Shown: positions 34,966 through 45,291, numbered from the stretch's first letter. The stretch is DNA of 64,000 bases from Gammaproteobacteria bacterium (GCA_030746435.1 JASLMV010000015.1:124-64123); one strand, 5' to 3'. Program-made: numbers and translations. Notes: generated from the letters alone by a model not told the origin.

Positions 34966-37230
34966 TCAGTAACGTCTGCCTTCCATAATGTCTTCCCTGA
35001 GGCCCACCGCGGCTTCGCTGCCTAAACTTGAGAAACCCTTAAGAATAAATTGTATCGAAAGCGAGGAGTCCCGCTCACCTGTTATACGGCTTACGCTACG
35101 CCGGGTCAGCACATTTATTTTCCGGCAGCAGGATTCGTATTCTATACCGATAAACCGGTCCAGGGCTTTATCTTCAAGCAGTGAATAGTTGTACCGGCCG
35201 ATAAGGTCCCAGGTTTTGCCAACTGGCCAGGCAAACGAAAGATCCGTTTGCTCCAGTGAGCCGTCGACATAACGATAGGCCATATTGAGGGCCTTAAACT
35301 CACCCGGTTTGTATTGCACACGTATGGACGATCTTTCCGTCCGGTCGGTGTCGTCATCCCACTGGTGGCGCAGGTCTATATTCCACTTATCCCATACGTT
35401 GACCTCAACTTCCGCTATGTAATCAGAAGAGCTGTCGGACGAAGGGTCTTCTCCGGGTAGTGTCACGTCGCCATTATCGAAGAACCGTGTCTGACCGATG
35501 GTGGCAGTCAGTAGTTCATGACCGGTCTCCGAACTCAGCATGCGGCTGGTCAGTCCCCAGCTAAGCTGGCGGGTGTCTCCAAGGCGGTCATGGCCCACGT
35601 AGCGGTTCTGACGAAATAGCTGGATCAGGTTGAAGTCCGGTTTGATGGTGTCGAATATCGGAATATCATCCTGGTCCCGAAACGGTATGTGTGTATATTG
35701 TGCCCGCGGTTCCAGTGTTACCAGCCACTGGTCATTGTCACCCGTGGTCTTGTCGAAAACTGCTCCCGTGTCGATGCTGAAAACCGGGGCAGAACGATTG
35801 GGCGACGCTTCTTCGTCGTCCGGGATGTCGGTGAGTTTATAACCGGCATAATCCACCGCAATTTTCGGGATGAGGTACAACCCGGGTTTTCTCAGGGGCA
35901 GTGCAATAGCAGGCCGCAAATGCAGGCGCGCCCCCTTTACGCTGTCATCACGGTAGAAATATGAGGTTTCAGTATCGAGTGTGTAATCCAGGCCCAGGAA
36001 CCCATCCTCCCATTCACCGTTGGCGATAAACTGCGGAAGCTGGGCATACGGTTCCTCGAAGATATCAATCATGGGGTCGATGGTCTGAAAGTCCTGCAAT
36101 CGCACCCGCATTGACCAATGTTCGTTGTAGCGTTCGAAGTCTATGTTGCGGTTTAGGTGGGTCTTGCTGGTTAAGCTCCGCCGCGAACTGAAATCATCCA
36201 TGTATTCGTCGTCGGAAACGCCCAGTGCGTGCAGTGAAGCCCGCCACCCGTATGCCAGAAAGGACTCTGTCTCCACGTCGAATTGCCAACGGTCTTCCTT
36301 GGTCCTGTCGTCATCCGAGAGGAAATCTGCCCATAGTATGCCGTTACTGTCGCTCTCGGTCAGGAAGCGGAACTCGGTGCCCAGCTGCAGGCCACGCTTC
36401 GACATATACCGGGGCACAATCGTAGCGTCATAACTGGGCGCGATATTCCAGTAGATTGGCTGCTGGAGCTCGAAGCCACGCCTGTCACTCGTGCCTATCT
36501 TCGGGAACAGCAGACCTGACTTTCGCACGTCGTTAATCGGGATGCTGATATAGGGGAGATATAAAAACGGTACGCCCTTAAACGAGAGACTCGCACCGCG
36601 TACCGTCCCCATGTTGGTGTTGTCGTTGACTTCGATACTTTTAGCTTTAAGCATCCAGTCATCGTTACCGGCCGGACAGGATGTATAACGAACGCCCTGT
36701 AGTTTGACTATCCCTTCTCGTTCGACCACCAGCGCGTTGGCCGAACCGCGCGCCGGAGTTGCCAGCAGTTCGAATTCGGTATCGTTGAAACTGAATATGC
36801 CGGATTCGGTGTTGTACTGAACGGACTTGCCGCTGATCCTGTTTTCCTGATCCCGGTAAGTAACATCGCCCTCGATCGTGAAAGTTTCTGTTTCCTTGTC
36901 GAAGGTTGCAGACTCGGCAGTCAGGGTTACCCTGTCGCTCTGCATAACGATCGGTCCCGTGAACGAGGCATCGCCCTCTTCGGTGAAATCGGCCTCGTCC
37001 GAGGTGAATTCGATCGGGTCTTCTTCAGCCGGGACGATATCCGGCTGCTCTACGAATTCGGGCCAGCAGTTCAGGCCGCGGACTGTCTGTGAGTCCGGCA
37101 AATCCAATGAATCGGCCGGTGTATCCGCGAGCGCGCCGGCACTGAGCAGCACGGTTAAACTTATAATTTTCGCGGCGCGCACCTGATAGTTTTCCTCGTC
37201 TCCTGACGCAGGAATGCTGTTTACGGCCAT
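34966..37230 (-). CDS. lptD: LPS-assembly outer-membrane protein LptD
   Basis: 754 aa with an OstA-like N-terminal domain and a large beta-barrel. Conserved position upstream of surA. Confidence 0.9.
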   Translation of the reverse strand: MAVNSIPASGDEENYQVRAAKIISLTVLLSAGALADTPADSLDLPDSQTVRGLNCWPEFVEQPDIVPAEEDPIEFTSDEADFTEEGDASFTGPIVMQSDRVTLTAESATFDKETETFTIEGDVTYRDQENRISGKSVQYNTESGIFSFNDTEFELLATPARGSANALVVEREGIVKLQGVRYTSCPAGNDDWMLKAKSIEVNDNTNMGTVRGASLSFKGVPFLYLPYISIPINDVRKSGLLFPKIGTSDRRGFELQQPIYWNIAPSYDATIVPRYMSKRGLQLGTEFRFLTESDSNGILWADFLSDDDRTKEDRWQFDVETESFLAYGWRASLHALGVSDDEYMDDFSSRRSLTSKTHLNRNIDFERYNEHWSMRVRLQDFQTIDPMIDIFEEPYAQLPQFIANGEWEDGFLGLDYTLDTETSYFYRDDSVKGARLHLRPAIALPLRKPGLYLIPKIAVDYAGYKLTDIPDDEEASPNRSAPVFSIDTGAVFDKTTGDNDQWLVTLEPRAQYTHIPFRDQDDIPIFDTIKPDFNLIQLFRQNRYVGHDRLGDTRQLSWGLTSRMLSSETGHELLTATIGQTRFFDNGDVTLPGEDPSSDSSSDYIAEVEVNVWDKWNIDLRHQWDDDTDRTERSSIRVQYKPGEFKALNMAYRYVDGSLEQTDLSFAWPVGKTWDLIGRYNYSLLEDKALDRFIGIEYESCCRKINVLTRRSVSRITGERDSSLSIQFILKGFSSLGSEAAVGLREDIMEGRRY

Positions 37231-37403
37231 AGTGTTGCCTTTCCTCAGCCTGCACTCCGCGATTCAGGCGTGATTATATCCGGCATGGCAACTCCAGTCC
37301 CTAATCAGACAGTAAACCTATCCCGTAAACGAACAGACCCGGATTTTGACCGGGAGTCTCGTTTACTATCCACTTACCGACATTCGAGAATGAACGGGCA
37401 AAG

Positions 37404-38090
37404 ATGAAAGCGATGATCCTTGCTGCCGGCCGCGGCGAGCGCATGCGGCCGCTGACCGATAAGACACCGAAAGCGTTGCTCAGGGTGGGTGGCCGGCCGC
37501 TTATCGAGTTCCATATCGAAGCACTGAGAGCTGCAGGAGTAGCTGACATAGTGGTAAACCTGGCCTGGCTGGGCGAGCAGATCGCCGCATATCTGGGCGA
37601 CGGGAGCCGCTATGGCGTAAATATCGTGTACAGCGATGAGGGAGCTTCCGCGCTCGAAACAGGCGGTGGGGTCTTTCGTGCACTCGGACTTCTGGGGGAT
37701 AAGCCATTCTGGGTTGTTAACGGCGACGTGCATACCCGCTTCGCGTATAGCCGGCCACAGCTACCCGGAGACAGCCTGGCCCACCTCATCCTGGTCCCTA
37801 ATCCGGATCACAACCCCGACGGTGACTTCGTTCTGGACGGGAACAGCATCCGCAATACAGGTGAACCGGCATTTACTTACAGCGGTATAGGCGTGTTTAG
37901 TACCGCGTTGTTTGCAGGTCAGACCGATGGTGTTTTCCCGCTGGCCCCGCTGTTGCGTAAAGCGGCGGATGATAATCGTTTAACCGGTGAACTGTTCGAA
38001 GGGTTGTGGTCTGACGTCGGCACGCCCGAGCGCTTAAAGGAAATCGATAAACTCCGTGGAAAAGTCTCAGCCGGCACGATGCGGCGTTGA
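37404..38090 (+). CDS. murU: N-acetylmuramate alpha-1-phosphate uridylyltransferase (nucleotidyltransferase)
   Basis: [23 protein letters not shown]...GGRPLIE.H...AG; closely parallels Pseudomonas MurU as I recall it. Divergent from lptD. Confidence 0.8.
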   Translation: MKAMILAAGRGERMRPLTDKTPKALLRVGGRPLIEFHIEALRAAGVADIVVNLAWLGEQIAAYLGDGSRYGVNIVYSDEGASALETGGGVFRALGLLGDKPFWVVNGDVHTRFAYSRPQLPGDSLAHLILVPNPDHNPDGDFVLDGNSIRNTGEPAFTYSGIGVFSTALFAGQTDGVFPLAPLLRKAADDNRLTGELFEGLWSDVGTPERLKEIDKLRGKVSAGTMRR

Positions 38091-38120
38091 GTCTTGTTTA
38101 ATTATTGGCTCACAATGCTC

Positions 38121-38273
38121 ATGTACTAGCCGTGTACATGCCGTGCTGGACAGGATGTCCGAATGCCGCGCGACAGGCAGGAGCCTAAGTGTCGCGGAGC
38201 GCAGGGATGGAATTTGCGCGTATTCGGACGCGCTATCAACAAGTCGCGTAGCGACTCAAACTGACCGCAGGTC
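38121..38273. other. Hairpin-dense intergenic element (REP-like or structured RNA), function unknown
   Basis: Hairpin ATGTAC-n7-GTACAT. A three-way junction at 38157-38229 (GTCCGAAT/ATTCGGAC enclosing CGCGAC..GTCGCG and GCGCA..TGCGC). Triloop hairpins GTCGC-gta-GCGAC and GACC-gca-GGTC. Confidence 0.35.
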
Positions 38274-38336
38274 AGGAGAGCGGCCTCGCCGATCCCCGCC
38301 TTGTCTCGCACTCGCCTGAGGCTTTTCATTGGGCGG

Positions 38337-38963
38337 TTAGGATTCGTGAGACATTCCGAGGTTCTTGAGAAGCGCCGGTAGCAAGTCTCGCGCCAATGTT
38401 TCGGATTTATCCGGCCCACCCAGGTCGGCCGTGCGGGTCACGGCAAGGCCCTCGTAGCCGCACGGGTTAATGCGCGTAAAGGGCTCCAGGTTATTGTTTA
38501 CATTGACGGAGATGCCGTGATAGCAGCAATTGCGCCGCACCCGCAGGCCGACGCTGGCGATCTTGGCCCCGTCTACATAAACGCCGGGCGCATTTTCACG
38601 GCCTTCCGCGACGATCCCGTAACCGGCGAGCGTTTCTATTATGGCTGCCTCCAGCCTGCATACGAGGTCCCGGACACCAAGCCGCGCGCGCCCGAGGTCG
38701 ATGAGTGCATAGACGACGAGTTGTCCCGGGCCGTGCCAGGTAACCTGACCGCCCCGGTCGACCTTCACCACCGGAATGTTGCCGGCATCGATGACGTGGC
38801 TTTCGTCTGCGTTGATACCCAGTGTGTAAACCGGCGGATGTTCCAGTATCCAGATTTCATCAGGCGTTTCCGGAGTACGTTCCTCGTTAAATTTTTGCAT
38901 ATCTGCCAGGGTTGCCGCGTAATCTGCAAGCCCTGTTTGACGAACGATCACCGGAATATTCAT
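38337..38963 (-). CDS. lipB: Octanoyltransferase
   Basis: ...LEHPPVYTLG..., RGGQVT(W)HGPGQLV.Y, KI(A)S(V)G blocks. Adjacent to ybeD. Confidence 0.9.
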   Translation of the reverse strand: MNIPVIVRQTGLADYAATLADMQKFNEERTPETPDEIWILEHPPVYTLGINADESHVIDAGNIPVVKVDRGGQVTWHGPGQLVVYALIDLGRARLGVRDLVCRLEAAIIETLAGYGIVAEGRENAPGVYVDGAKIASVGLRVRRNCCYHGISVNVNNNLEPFTRINPCGYEGLAVTRTADLGGPDKSETLARDLLPALLKNLGMSHES

Positions 38964-38976
38964 AACAAGTACGGGT

Positions 38977-39240
38977 TCAGAAAACCATTAGCACCAGTTC
39001 ATGGCCGTGTAATGAACGGTAAACGGCGTCTACCTGTTCCTGGTTTTCGGCGGTGAAGGTAACGGTAACCGAAATGAAATTGCCGTTACTGCTCGTTTGT
39101 TCACGAACATCAGCCTTACTATCAAATTGTGCATGCACCGCGATTACTTCGAGCACGCATTTCCGGAAGTCAGGATGTTTGCGCCCGAGCGCCTTGATCG
39201 GAAACTCGGTTGGGTATTCGAGTAACGACTCATCATTCAT
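38977..39240 (-). CDS. ybeD: DUF493 family protein YbeD
   Basis: 87 aa with the FP.(K)..G block. Located between dacA and lipB as in E. coli. Confidence 0.8.
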   Translation of the reverse strand: MNDESLLEYPTEFPIKALGRKHPDFRKCVLEVIAVHAQFDSKADVREQTSSNGNFISVTVTFTAENQEQVDAVYRSLHGHELVLMVF

Positions 39241-39319
39241 GTGCTGAATGTACTATGAACCGGTCCCGGTCAGTGCAGGAGAACAGGGGAGCTGGCCACC
39301 ATACGACCCGGCCGAACTA

Positions 39320-40462
39320 CTACTCAAACCAGAGCAGCAGTTCATCCCATGTAGTTTGCAGCAGGCTGCCTTCCCCGACTGTCGCCGAACTGTAGACGCT
39401 GTGGCGCGCAACCGTGTCGGCACCGACGACTGCACGCACTTCGCCGACCGCCTCGTTCGTTTGCAGCGGGGCTATTAGCTTGCCTGGAATGCTGACGCTG
39501 GTTTCGACCTGGTCCAGCGAGCCGCGCGGAATCGTTATATAGACCGGCTTGTTGACGATCAGGTCGGTCGATTCCTGTTCGCCTTTCCAGACCCTCGCAT
39601 CCGCAACGATATCACCCTGATCCCACAAGCGGTGGGTCTCAAAGAAGCGAAACCCGTAATTCAACAATGCCTGCGATTCATTCGCCCGGGCAGCCGTACT
39701 TTTGGTACCGAGAACAACGGCGATTAACCGCATGCCATTTCGTTCTGCCGAGGACACGAGACAGTAACCTGCATTTTCCGTGTACCCGGTTTTCATACCG
39801 TCCACGGTTTCATCGCGCCAGAGCAGACCGTTGCGGTTAGCCTGGGTAATCCCGTTGTAACTGAATTCTTTCTGCGAATACCATTTGTAGTAATCGGGAT
39901 ACTCTCGGATCAGTGCTCCTGCCAGCATCGCAATATCGTTGGCCGACGTGTAGTGGTTTTCGGCCGGCAGCCCGGTGCTGTTGAGGTAATTGGTGCGGGT
40001 CATGCCCAGTTCGTCGGCAAGCTGGTTCATAACTTCCGCGAAACTGTCTTCGGATCCGGCCACATGCTCGGCCAGTGCGACGCTGGCATCGTTGCCGGAC
40101 TGGACGATCATGCCGGGTAACAGCTTCTCGACCGAAACCCGGGTACCGACCTCTATGAACATGCGTGACCCGGGCGTCCGCCAGGCTTTTTCGCTGACGC
40201 GTACCTCGTCGTCTAAACTTATTTGTCCCGAGTTGATGGTCCGAAATACCGCATAGGCGGTCATGAGCTTGGTAATACTGGCCGGTTCAAGACGCTCGTC
40301 CGCATTCTTGCTCGCAAGCACCCGGCCGCTGTTGAAATCGATCAGCAAATAGCCTTTAGCATTCAGGGCAGGGGGCGAGGGTGCTGCGATCTGCGCCGAC
40401 CCGGTCATCGGCAGGGTTGTTGCCAGCAGAAGCACTACAAATAATCGGCTAAAGGTCGTCAT
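39320..40462 (-). CDS. dacA: D-alanyl-D-alanine carboxypeptidase (PBP5/6 class)
   Basis: Signal peptide plus SITKLMT (SxxK), SGN and KTG motifs. The symbol could equally be dacC. Confidence 0.9.
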   Translation of the reverse strand: MTTFSRLFVVLLLATTLPMTGSAQIAAPSPPALNAKGYLLIDFNSGRVLASKNADERLEPASITKLMTAYAVFRTINSGQISLDDEVRVSEKAWRTPGSRMFIEVGTRVSVEKLLPGMIVQSGNDASVALAEHVAGSEDSFAEVMNQLADELGMTRTNYLNSTGLPAENHYTSANDIAMLAGALIREYPDYYKWYSQKEFSYNGITQANRNGLLWRDETVDGMKTGYTENAGYCLVSSAERNGMRLIAVVLGTKSTAARANESQALLNYGFRFFETHRLWDQGDIVADARVWKGEQESTDLIVNKPVYITIPRGSLDQVETSVSIPGKLIAPLQTNEAVGEVRAVVGADTVARHSVYSSATVGEGSLLQTTWDELLLWFE

Positions 40463-40502
40463 TGATCAGTTTCCAGGATGTCAGGTCTTTGCGGGCAGTA
40501 TT

Positions 40503-41300
40503 CTAGCCCGGGTCTGTAACCAGATGGGTTTCAGTAATCAGTAGTCGCGCTGCTGCACGCACTATCCGGTCGTATTCAATGGTACTGCTGATCGGGCCGA
40601 TGCGTACCCGGTAAAGTTTCGGCGAATTGTTACGTGATTCATGCACCCTGACCTTGTTAAGGCCACCGGAGCTCAGCCGGTTCGCCATGGCGAGGGCTTT
40701 CGACCGGTCGCCGAAAGCTCCGAACTGTACATACATCCGTTCTCCGGATTTGGGCGCGCTGACGGGTTGGGCGGGTGTCGCTCGTGCGCGGGTCGGCTTA
40801 TCGACGCCTGCGGTGCCTGTGAGGGCGACGACTTCTACGTAGCCTGTGCCGTTCGCAATGATGTCCAGTTTACGAGCCGCTGCATAGGAAAGGTCGATGA
40901 GGCGGTTTTTCACAAACGGACCGCGGTCGTTAACCCTTACAACGATAGAACGCCCGTTGGCCAGATTGGTAACGCGTACATTTGTTGGCAGTGGCAGCGT
41001 TTTGTGGGCGGCGGTCATCTTGTGCATGTCGTAGCGCTCGCCGCTTGAGGTCGACCGGCCATGGAATTTCTTCCCGTACCATGAAGCGGTGCCCCGCTCA
41101 CGGTAGCCGCCGCTGCTTTTCATTACCGAGTAGCGCTTGCCATACACTTCATAGAAGGGCGGGTTACCTTGTTTGCTGCGGGACAGGTTGCCCGATGTGG
41201 CATGCGATTCTTCGTAGCCCGGGTCATCTGACCGGGACCAGCTGCATGAACCCAGGGCCAGGGCCAGTGTGATCAGGATGATGCCTTGCAGCGATTTCAC
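40503..41300 (-). CDS. rlpA: Septal-ring lytic transglycosylase RlpA (DPBB + SPOR domains), lipoprotein
   Basis: Lipobox LALGSCS. GTASWYG..FHG..T.SGE.YD block. C-terminal SPOR-like repeat. Confidence 0.9.
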   Translation of the reverse strand: MKSLQGIILITLALALGSCSWSRSDDPGYEESHATSGNLSRSKQGNPPFYEVYGKRYSVMKSSGGYRERGTASWYGKKFHGRSTSSGERYDMHKMTAAHKTLPLPTNVRVTNLANGRSIVVRVNDRGPFVKNRLIDLSYAAARKLDIIANGTGYVEVVALTGTAGVDKPTRARATPAQPVSAPKSGERMYVQFGAFGDRSKALAMANRLSSGGLNKVRVHESRNNSPKLYRVRIGPISSTIEYDRIVRAAARLLITETHLVTDPG

Positions 41301-42304
41301 AGGTTTGCCTCACGCACAATGCTATCGCCTAGTTCCCACGCGGCCAGTGCATACATCACGCTACGGTTATACCGGGTGATCACGTAAAGGTTGTTGAAAC
41401 CAACCCAGTATTCATCGCCATCCTCGCCATCCAGGACCCAGAGTCCTGCAACCTCGTCACAATCGAGGTCGGTTGGAAAGAATACGCCTGTATCGCTGAG
41501 TGTGCCGACAGTCGAATCAGGTTTCAGCCCTTCGTTCAATGGCAGCTTGGTAATGTTCTCGCCTACAGTCGCCAGAGTCGCAACCGGGGCGCCACCCTCC
41601 CATTTGTGTACCGCAAAGTAATTCGCAATGCTGGCCAGGATATCGTGCCAGTTATTAAGCAGGTCCCGCTGGCCGTCGCCATTACCATCGACCGCGAAAT
41701 TTCTGTAACTGCTTGGAATGAACTGTGGGGGCCCCATCGCCCCCGCGTACGACCCTTTCAGCTCCAGGAGGTCCATATTTTCCTCACGTGCCAGCCTGAA
41801 GGCATGCCCCAGTTCCGAACGGAAAAACTTGGCTCTCGGCGGATAGTCGAAACCCAGGGTCGCCAGCGCGTCGACTACGCGGTAATTGCCGGTCCTTCGC
41901 CCGAAATAGCTTTCCACTCCCACGATACCCAGGATCATTGATGGTGGCACGCCGGTATCCTGTTCGATCTTCCTGAGTGTTTCCTTGTGTTCCGCAAAAA
42001 ACTTTACGCCCGCACGTATACGCTCGGGCGTAATAAATATTGCCCGGTATTCATGCCACGGTTTGACTCGTTCGGCCGGTCGGCTGATCGCATCAAGGAT
42101 ACTTTGTTGCACTTCGCTTTCTGCAAGCACCTCTTCGACGAACGCCGGGTCGAAGTCGTATTCCAGTGCCAGTTCGTTGACGAATTGACGTACGTCGTCA
42201 CGCTGTACGTCGACGGACCATGCAGACATTGGTATCAGCAGAGTGGCTAGCAGGCCGAACTGTATACAGCGAGCCTGCTCTGCAAAATGAAAAATCCCTT
42301 TCAT
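41297..42304 (-). CDS. mltB: Lytic murein transglycosylase B
   Basis: ...GSYAGAMGPPQFIPSSY... block. ATG at 42304 overlaps the rodA stop (ATGA). The longer ORF-track version runs into rodA. Confidence 0.85.
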   Translation of the reverse strand: MKGIFHFAEQARCIQFGLLATLLIPMSAWSVDVQRDDVRQFVNELALEYDFDPAFVEEVLAESEVQQSILDAISRPAERVKPWHEYRAIFITPERIRAGVKFFAEHKETLRKIEQDTGVPPSMILGIVGVESYFGRRTGNYRVVDALATLGFDYPPRAKFFRSELGHAFRLAREENMDLLELKGSYAGAMGPPQFIPSSYRNFAVDGNGDGQRDLLNNWHDILASIANYFAVHKWEGGAPVATLATVGENITKLPLNEGLKPDSTVGTLSDTGVFFPTDLDCDEVAGLWVLDGEDGDEYWVGFNNLYVITRYNRSVMYALAAWELGDSIVREANL

Positions 42305-43425
42305 CGTGGCAACAGCTTCCGGTGCGTTTGTATAGACATGAGGATACCGAAACCGGCCAGAAGGGTCACCATTGAAGTGCCGCCCGCGCTGACCAGCGGC
42401 AACGGCACACCCACGACCGGCAGCAGACCCGTGACCATGGCCGTATTCACGAATACGTAGCAAAAGAAGGTCACGCTGACGCTGCCCGCCAATAGCCGGG
42501 AAAAGGTGTCCTGGGCGTCTGCGGCAATAACAAATCCGCGCGCGATAATAAGCCCGTAAAGCAGCAGGAGCAGGGTGACGCCGATAAAGCCGAACTCCTC
42601 TCCGATTACAGCGAATATAAAATCTGTCGACCGCTCCGGCAGAAACTCGAGTTGTCCCTGGCTGCCATTTAGCCACCCCTTTCCGAAAATACCTCCCGAG
42701 CCAATCGCGATCTTTGACTGGATGATGTGATAACCGGCACCGAGCGGGTCTTTCTCGGGGTCGAGGAGCGTAAGCACCCTTTGCTTCTGATAGGAGTGCA
42801 TGAAATACCAGAGCAACGGCATGGCGGCCACCCCGATCACTGTCGCGGCGACAATGTAACGCATCGCTATTCCGGCCAGGAAAATGACGGCAGCGCCGGT
42901 AAGGCCGATAAGGATCGCAGTGCCGAGGTCAGGTTGCAGTGCAATCATGCCGACCGGTGCCGCGATCAGCAGTAACATGCCGATAGTCAACATTATCGAC
43001 GGGGGCAGGGCCCGGTCATGCAGCAGCCAGGCCAGCATTGCCGGCACTGCAAGTTTCATGAGTTCGGAGGGCTGGAAACGCACGCCTAAGTCCAGCCAGC
43101 GTTGCGCGCCACCGCCTGCATCGCCGATGGCCAGTACCAGCACCAGCATCGCGAGGCCGATGAAATATACCCACGGCGCCGCGCGCCGCATCCAGGCAAC
43201 GTTGATCTGCGCAACGACCAGCATTACCAGCGCAGCCAGGCCGATGCGAGCGACCTGCCCGAGCAGCATATCCGTATCGTTTCCCGATGCGCTGAAGAGC
43301 ACGAACATGCCCAGCGTGAGTACGACCAGGAGGCCTGCCATCAGCGGAGGATCCAGGTGTATACGCCGCAGCAGGTGCGTCGTTGTGCCGTAGCTTTGTG
43401 TGCCGTGTTTACCGGTAGGCGACAT
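42301..43425 (-). CDS. mrdB: Peptidoglycan glycosyltransferase RodA (SEDS family)
   Basis: 10-TM SEDS protein with the blocks QPSE(L)MK and ..DFIF..IGEE.G. Confidence 0.95.
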   Translation of the reverse strand: MSPTGKHGTQSYGTTTHLLRRIHLDPPLMAGLLVVLTLGMFVLFSASGNDTDMLLGQVARIGLAALVMLVVAQINVAWMRRAAPWVYFIGLAMLVLVLAIGDAGGGAQRWLDLGVRFQPSELMKLAVPAMLAWLLHDRALPPSIMLTIGMLLLIAAPVGMIALQPDLGTAILIGLTGAAVIFLAGIAMRYIVAATVIGVAAMPLLWYFMHSYQKQRVLTLLDPEKDPLGAGYHIIQSKIAIGSGGIFGKGWLNGSQGQLEFLPERSTDFIFAVIGEEFGFIGVTLLLLLYGLIIARGFVIAADAQDTFSRLLAGSVSVTFFCYVFVNTAMVTGLLPVVGVPLPLVSAGGTSMVTLLAGFGILMSIQTHRKLLPR

Positions 43426-45287
43426 TACAGCGTGGCCCCTCCGAGGTAAGCATCCATTACCTGGCGGGCAACCGGCCCGGCAACACCGCTACCGCTGCCA
43501 CCGTTTTCCACGATTACGGCAACGGCAATACGCGGTTCTTCGACAGGTGCAAAGGCCACGAACAGGGCATGGTCACGCATGCGCTCGGCCAGTTCTTCCT
43601 TGTTATAGGTTTCGTCCTGCGCCACTGAAAACACCTGTGCGGTCCCGCTTTTGCCGGCCATGCTCCAGGGGGCATTTATTCCTATCGCCCGGGCCGTTCC
43701 CTGCGGGTCATTAATAACTCCTTCCATCGCGCGCACGATCTGATCCCAGTTCGCTTCGCTGGAAACAGTTACGGGTGCGAGTTCCCTGGGTTGTCGTTGC
43801 GCGATGACGCCCGTTACCGGGTCGCGGATGCCCTGTACTATCGATGGCCGGAAGCGTTTGCCGCGGGCAGCGATTGTCGCCGTCGCGTGCGCGAGTTGCA
43901 GTGGCGTTGCGAGCAGATAACCCTGGCCAATGCCGGTGATGACGGTTTCACCGGGGAACCAGATCTGGTCTTCCGGTGCCGAGAAATTACGGCGTTTCCA
44001 TTCCCTGGTTGGCACGAGTCCGTTGCTCTCGGGACCGATATCGATTTCGGTGGCGGCGCCGAGTCCAAAGTCTGATAGTGTGCGCGAAATAACGTCTATC
44101 CCCAGCTCATTCGCCATTTCATAAAAGTAGGTATCGCACGACTGCGCAACCGCATCATGCAGGTTGATCAGGCCGTGGCCTTCGGGTTTCCAGTCACGAT
44201 AGCGATGCGGGTTGCCGGGCAGACTGTAGTAACCGCGACAGTACGTCTGTTGCCTGGTTAGCGGCGAATTCTGCTCCAGGCCGGCCAGGGCCAGCATGGG
44301 CTTGATCGTCGAGCCGGGAGGATAGGCGCCGCGCAACGCCCGGTTAAACAGAGGCTGTTCAGTATCGTTCTGCAGCGCCCGAAATTCATCGCGTGACAGG
44401 CCGCGAATAAAGCCGTTCGGATCAAAGCCAGGCGCGCTCGCGAATACCAGGATCTCACCGTTGGTCGGATCGATCGCCACGACGGCACCCCGGCGCCCTT
44501 CAAGTGCCGCTTCGGCCGCAACCTGTGCGTCGATATCGAGGCTCAGGATCAGGTCGCGACCGGGTACCGCCAGTTGCGTATCCAGCACCTGCATCATGCG
44601 TCCGTGCACATTGACGAGCACATCCTGGTGACCCGGCGAACCGTGCAGGTCGGGTTCGAAGGTTCGTTCGACTGCCACTTTGCCTATATACGAGGAGCCC
44701 GCGTACTTGGCGGGGTCCAGCAATTCCTGGTCTGTCGCGCTGATGCCGCTGACGTAGCCAAGTGCATGCGCACCGATCCTGCCGTACGGGTAATAGCGCG
44801 CCAGCCGCGCACGAATCTCGACTCCGGGAAAATAAGGCCTCAGTACCGCGAACCGTGCCACCTCGTCGTCGGACATCCTTTGCCGTATGGGAATACTGTC
44901 GAAACGACGCTTGCTTGCGATCAGGTTGCGGATTCGGTCTGTCGATTCGGACTTGATGAGTCCGCTGGATTCCAGCCGGGTGAGCGTGTGCTCGAGGTCC
45001 GGAACCTGCTCGGGCGTGAGTTCGAGTTGATAGCTCGGCGTATTCTCGGCAAGGACATTGCGGTTCCGGTCATAAATGAGCCCGCGTGCGGGTGGCAAGG
45101 GTTGCACCCGGATACGGTTGCCCTGTGACTGGGCAGCGTAGTACTCGGCGTTGACGAGCTGGAGTACGGCCAGTCGCGTCAGGACCGTGCCGGTCAGCAA
45201 TATGGCTATCACGGAACACGCGATTATCCGGCGGGTAAAAAGCCGTTGCTCGCGCCAGTGGTCTTTTATCTGCCTGGTGTAATCCAT
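43425..45287 (-). CDS. mrdA: Penicillin-binding protein 2 (elongasome transpeptidase)
   Basis: N-terminal TM helix. PGSTIKP (SxxK), SCD-like SxN, KSGTAQV (KSG). Upstream of rodA. Confidence 0.95.
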   Translation of the reverse strand: MDYTRQIKDHWREQRLFTRRIIACSVIAILLTGTVLTRLAVLQLVNAEYYAAQSQGNRIRVQPLPPARGLIYDRNRNVLAENTPSYQLELTPEQVPDLEHTLTRLESSGLIKSESTDRIRNLIASKRRFDSIPIRQRMSDDEVARFAVLRPYFPGVEIRARLARYYPYGRIGAHALGYVSGISATDQELLDPAKYAGSSYIGKVAVERTFEPDLHGSPGHQDVLVNVHGRMMQVLDTQLAVPGRDLILSLDIDAQVAAEAALEGRRGAVVAIDPTNGEILVFASAPGFDPNGFIRGLSRDEFRALQNDTEQPLFNRALRGAYPPGSTIKPMLALAGLEQNSPLTRQQTYCRGYYSLPGNPHRYRDWKPEGHGLINLHDAVAQSCDTYFYEMANELGIDVISRTLSDFGLGAATEIDIGPESNGLVPTREWKRRNFSAPEDQIWFPGETVITGIGQGYLLATPLQLAHATATIAARGKRFRPSIVQGIRDPVTGVIAQRQPRELAPVTVSSEANWDQIVRAMEGVINDPQGTARAIGINAPWSMAGKSGTAQVFSVAQDETYNKEELAERMRDHALFVAFAPVEEPRIAVAVIVENGGSGSGVAGPVARQVMDAYLGGATL

Positions 45288-45291
45288 CGTG

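Noticed and set aside
38126-38419. 97-aa minus-strand ORF in the murU/lipB spacer.
   Set aside because: It overlaps the 3' end of lipB out of frame and covers the hairpin-dense element. It has no RBS or motif and its composition is Arg-rich.
41297-42676. 459-aa version of the mltB ORF with a 124-aa N-terminal extension.
   Set aside because: The extension overlaps rodA in another frame and is Arg-rich nonsense. The ATG at 42304 gives a signal-peptide-like start (MKGIFHFAEQARCIQFGLLATLLIPMSAWS) and an ATGA overlap with the rodA stop.
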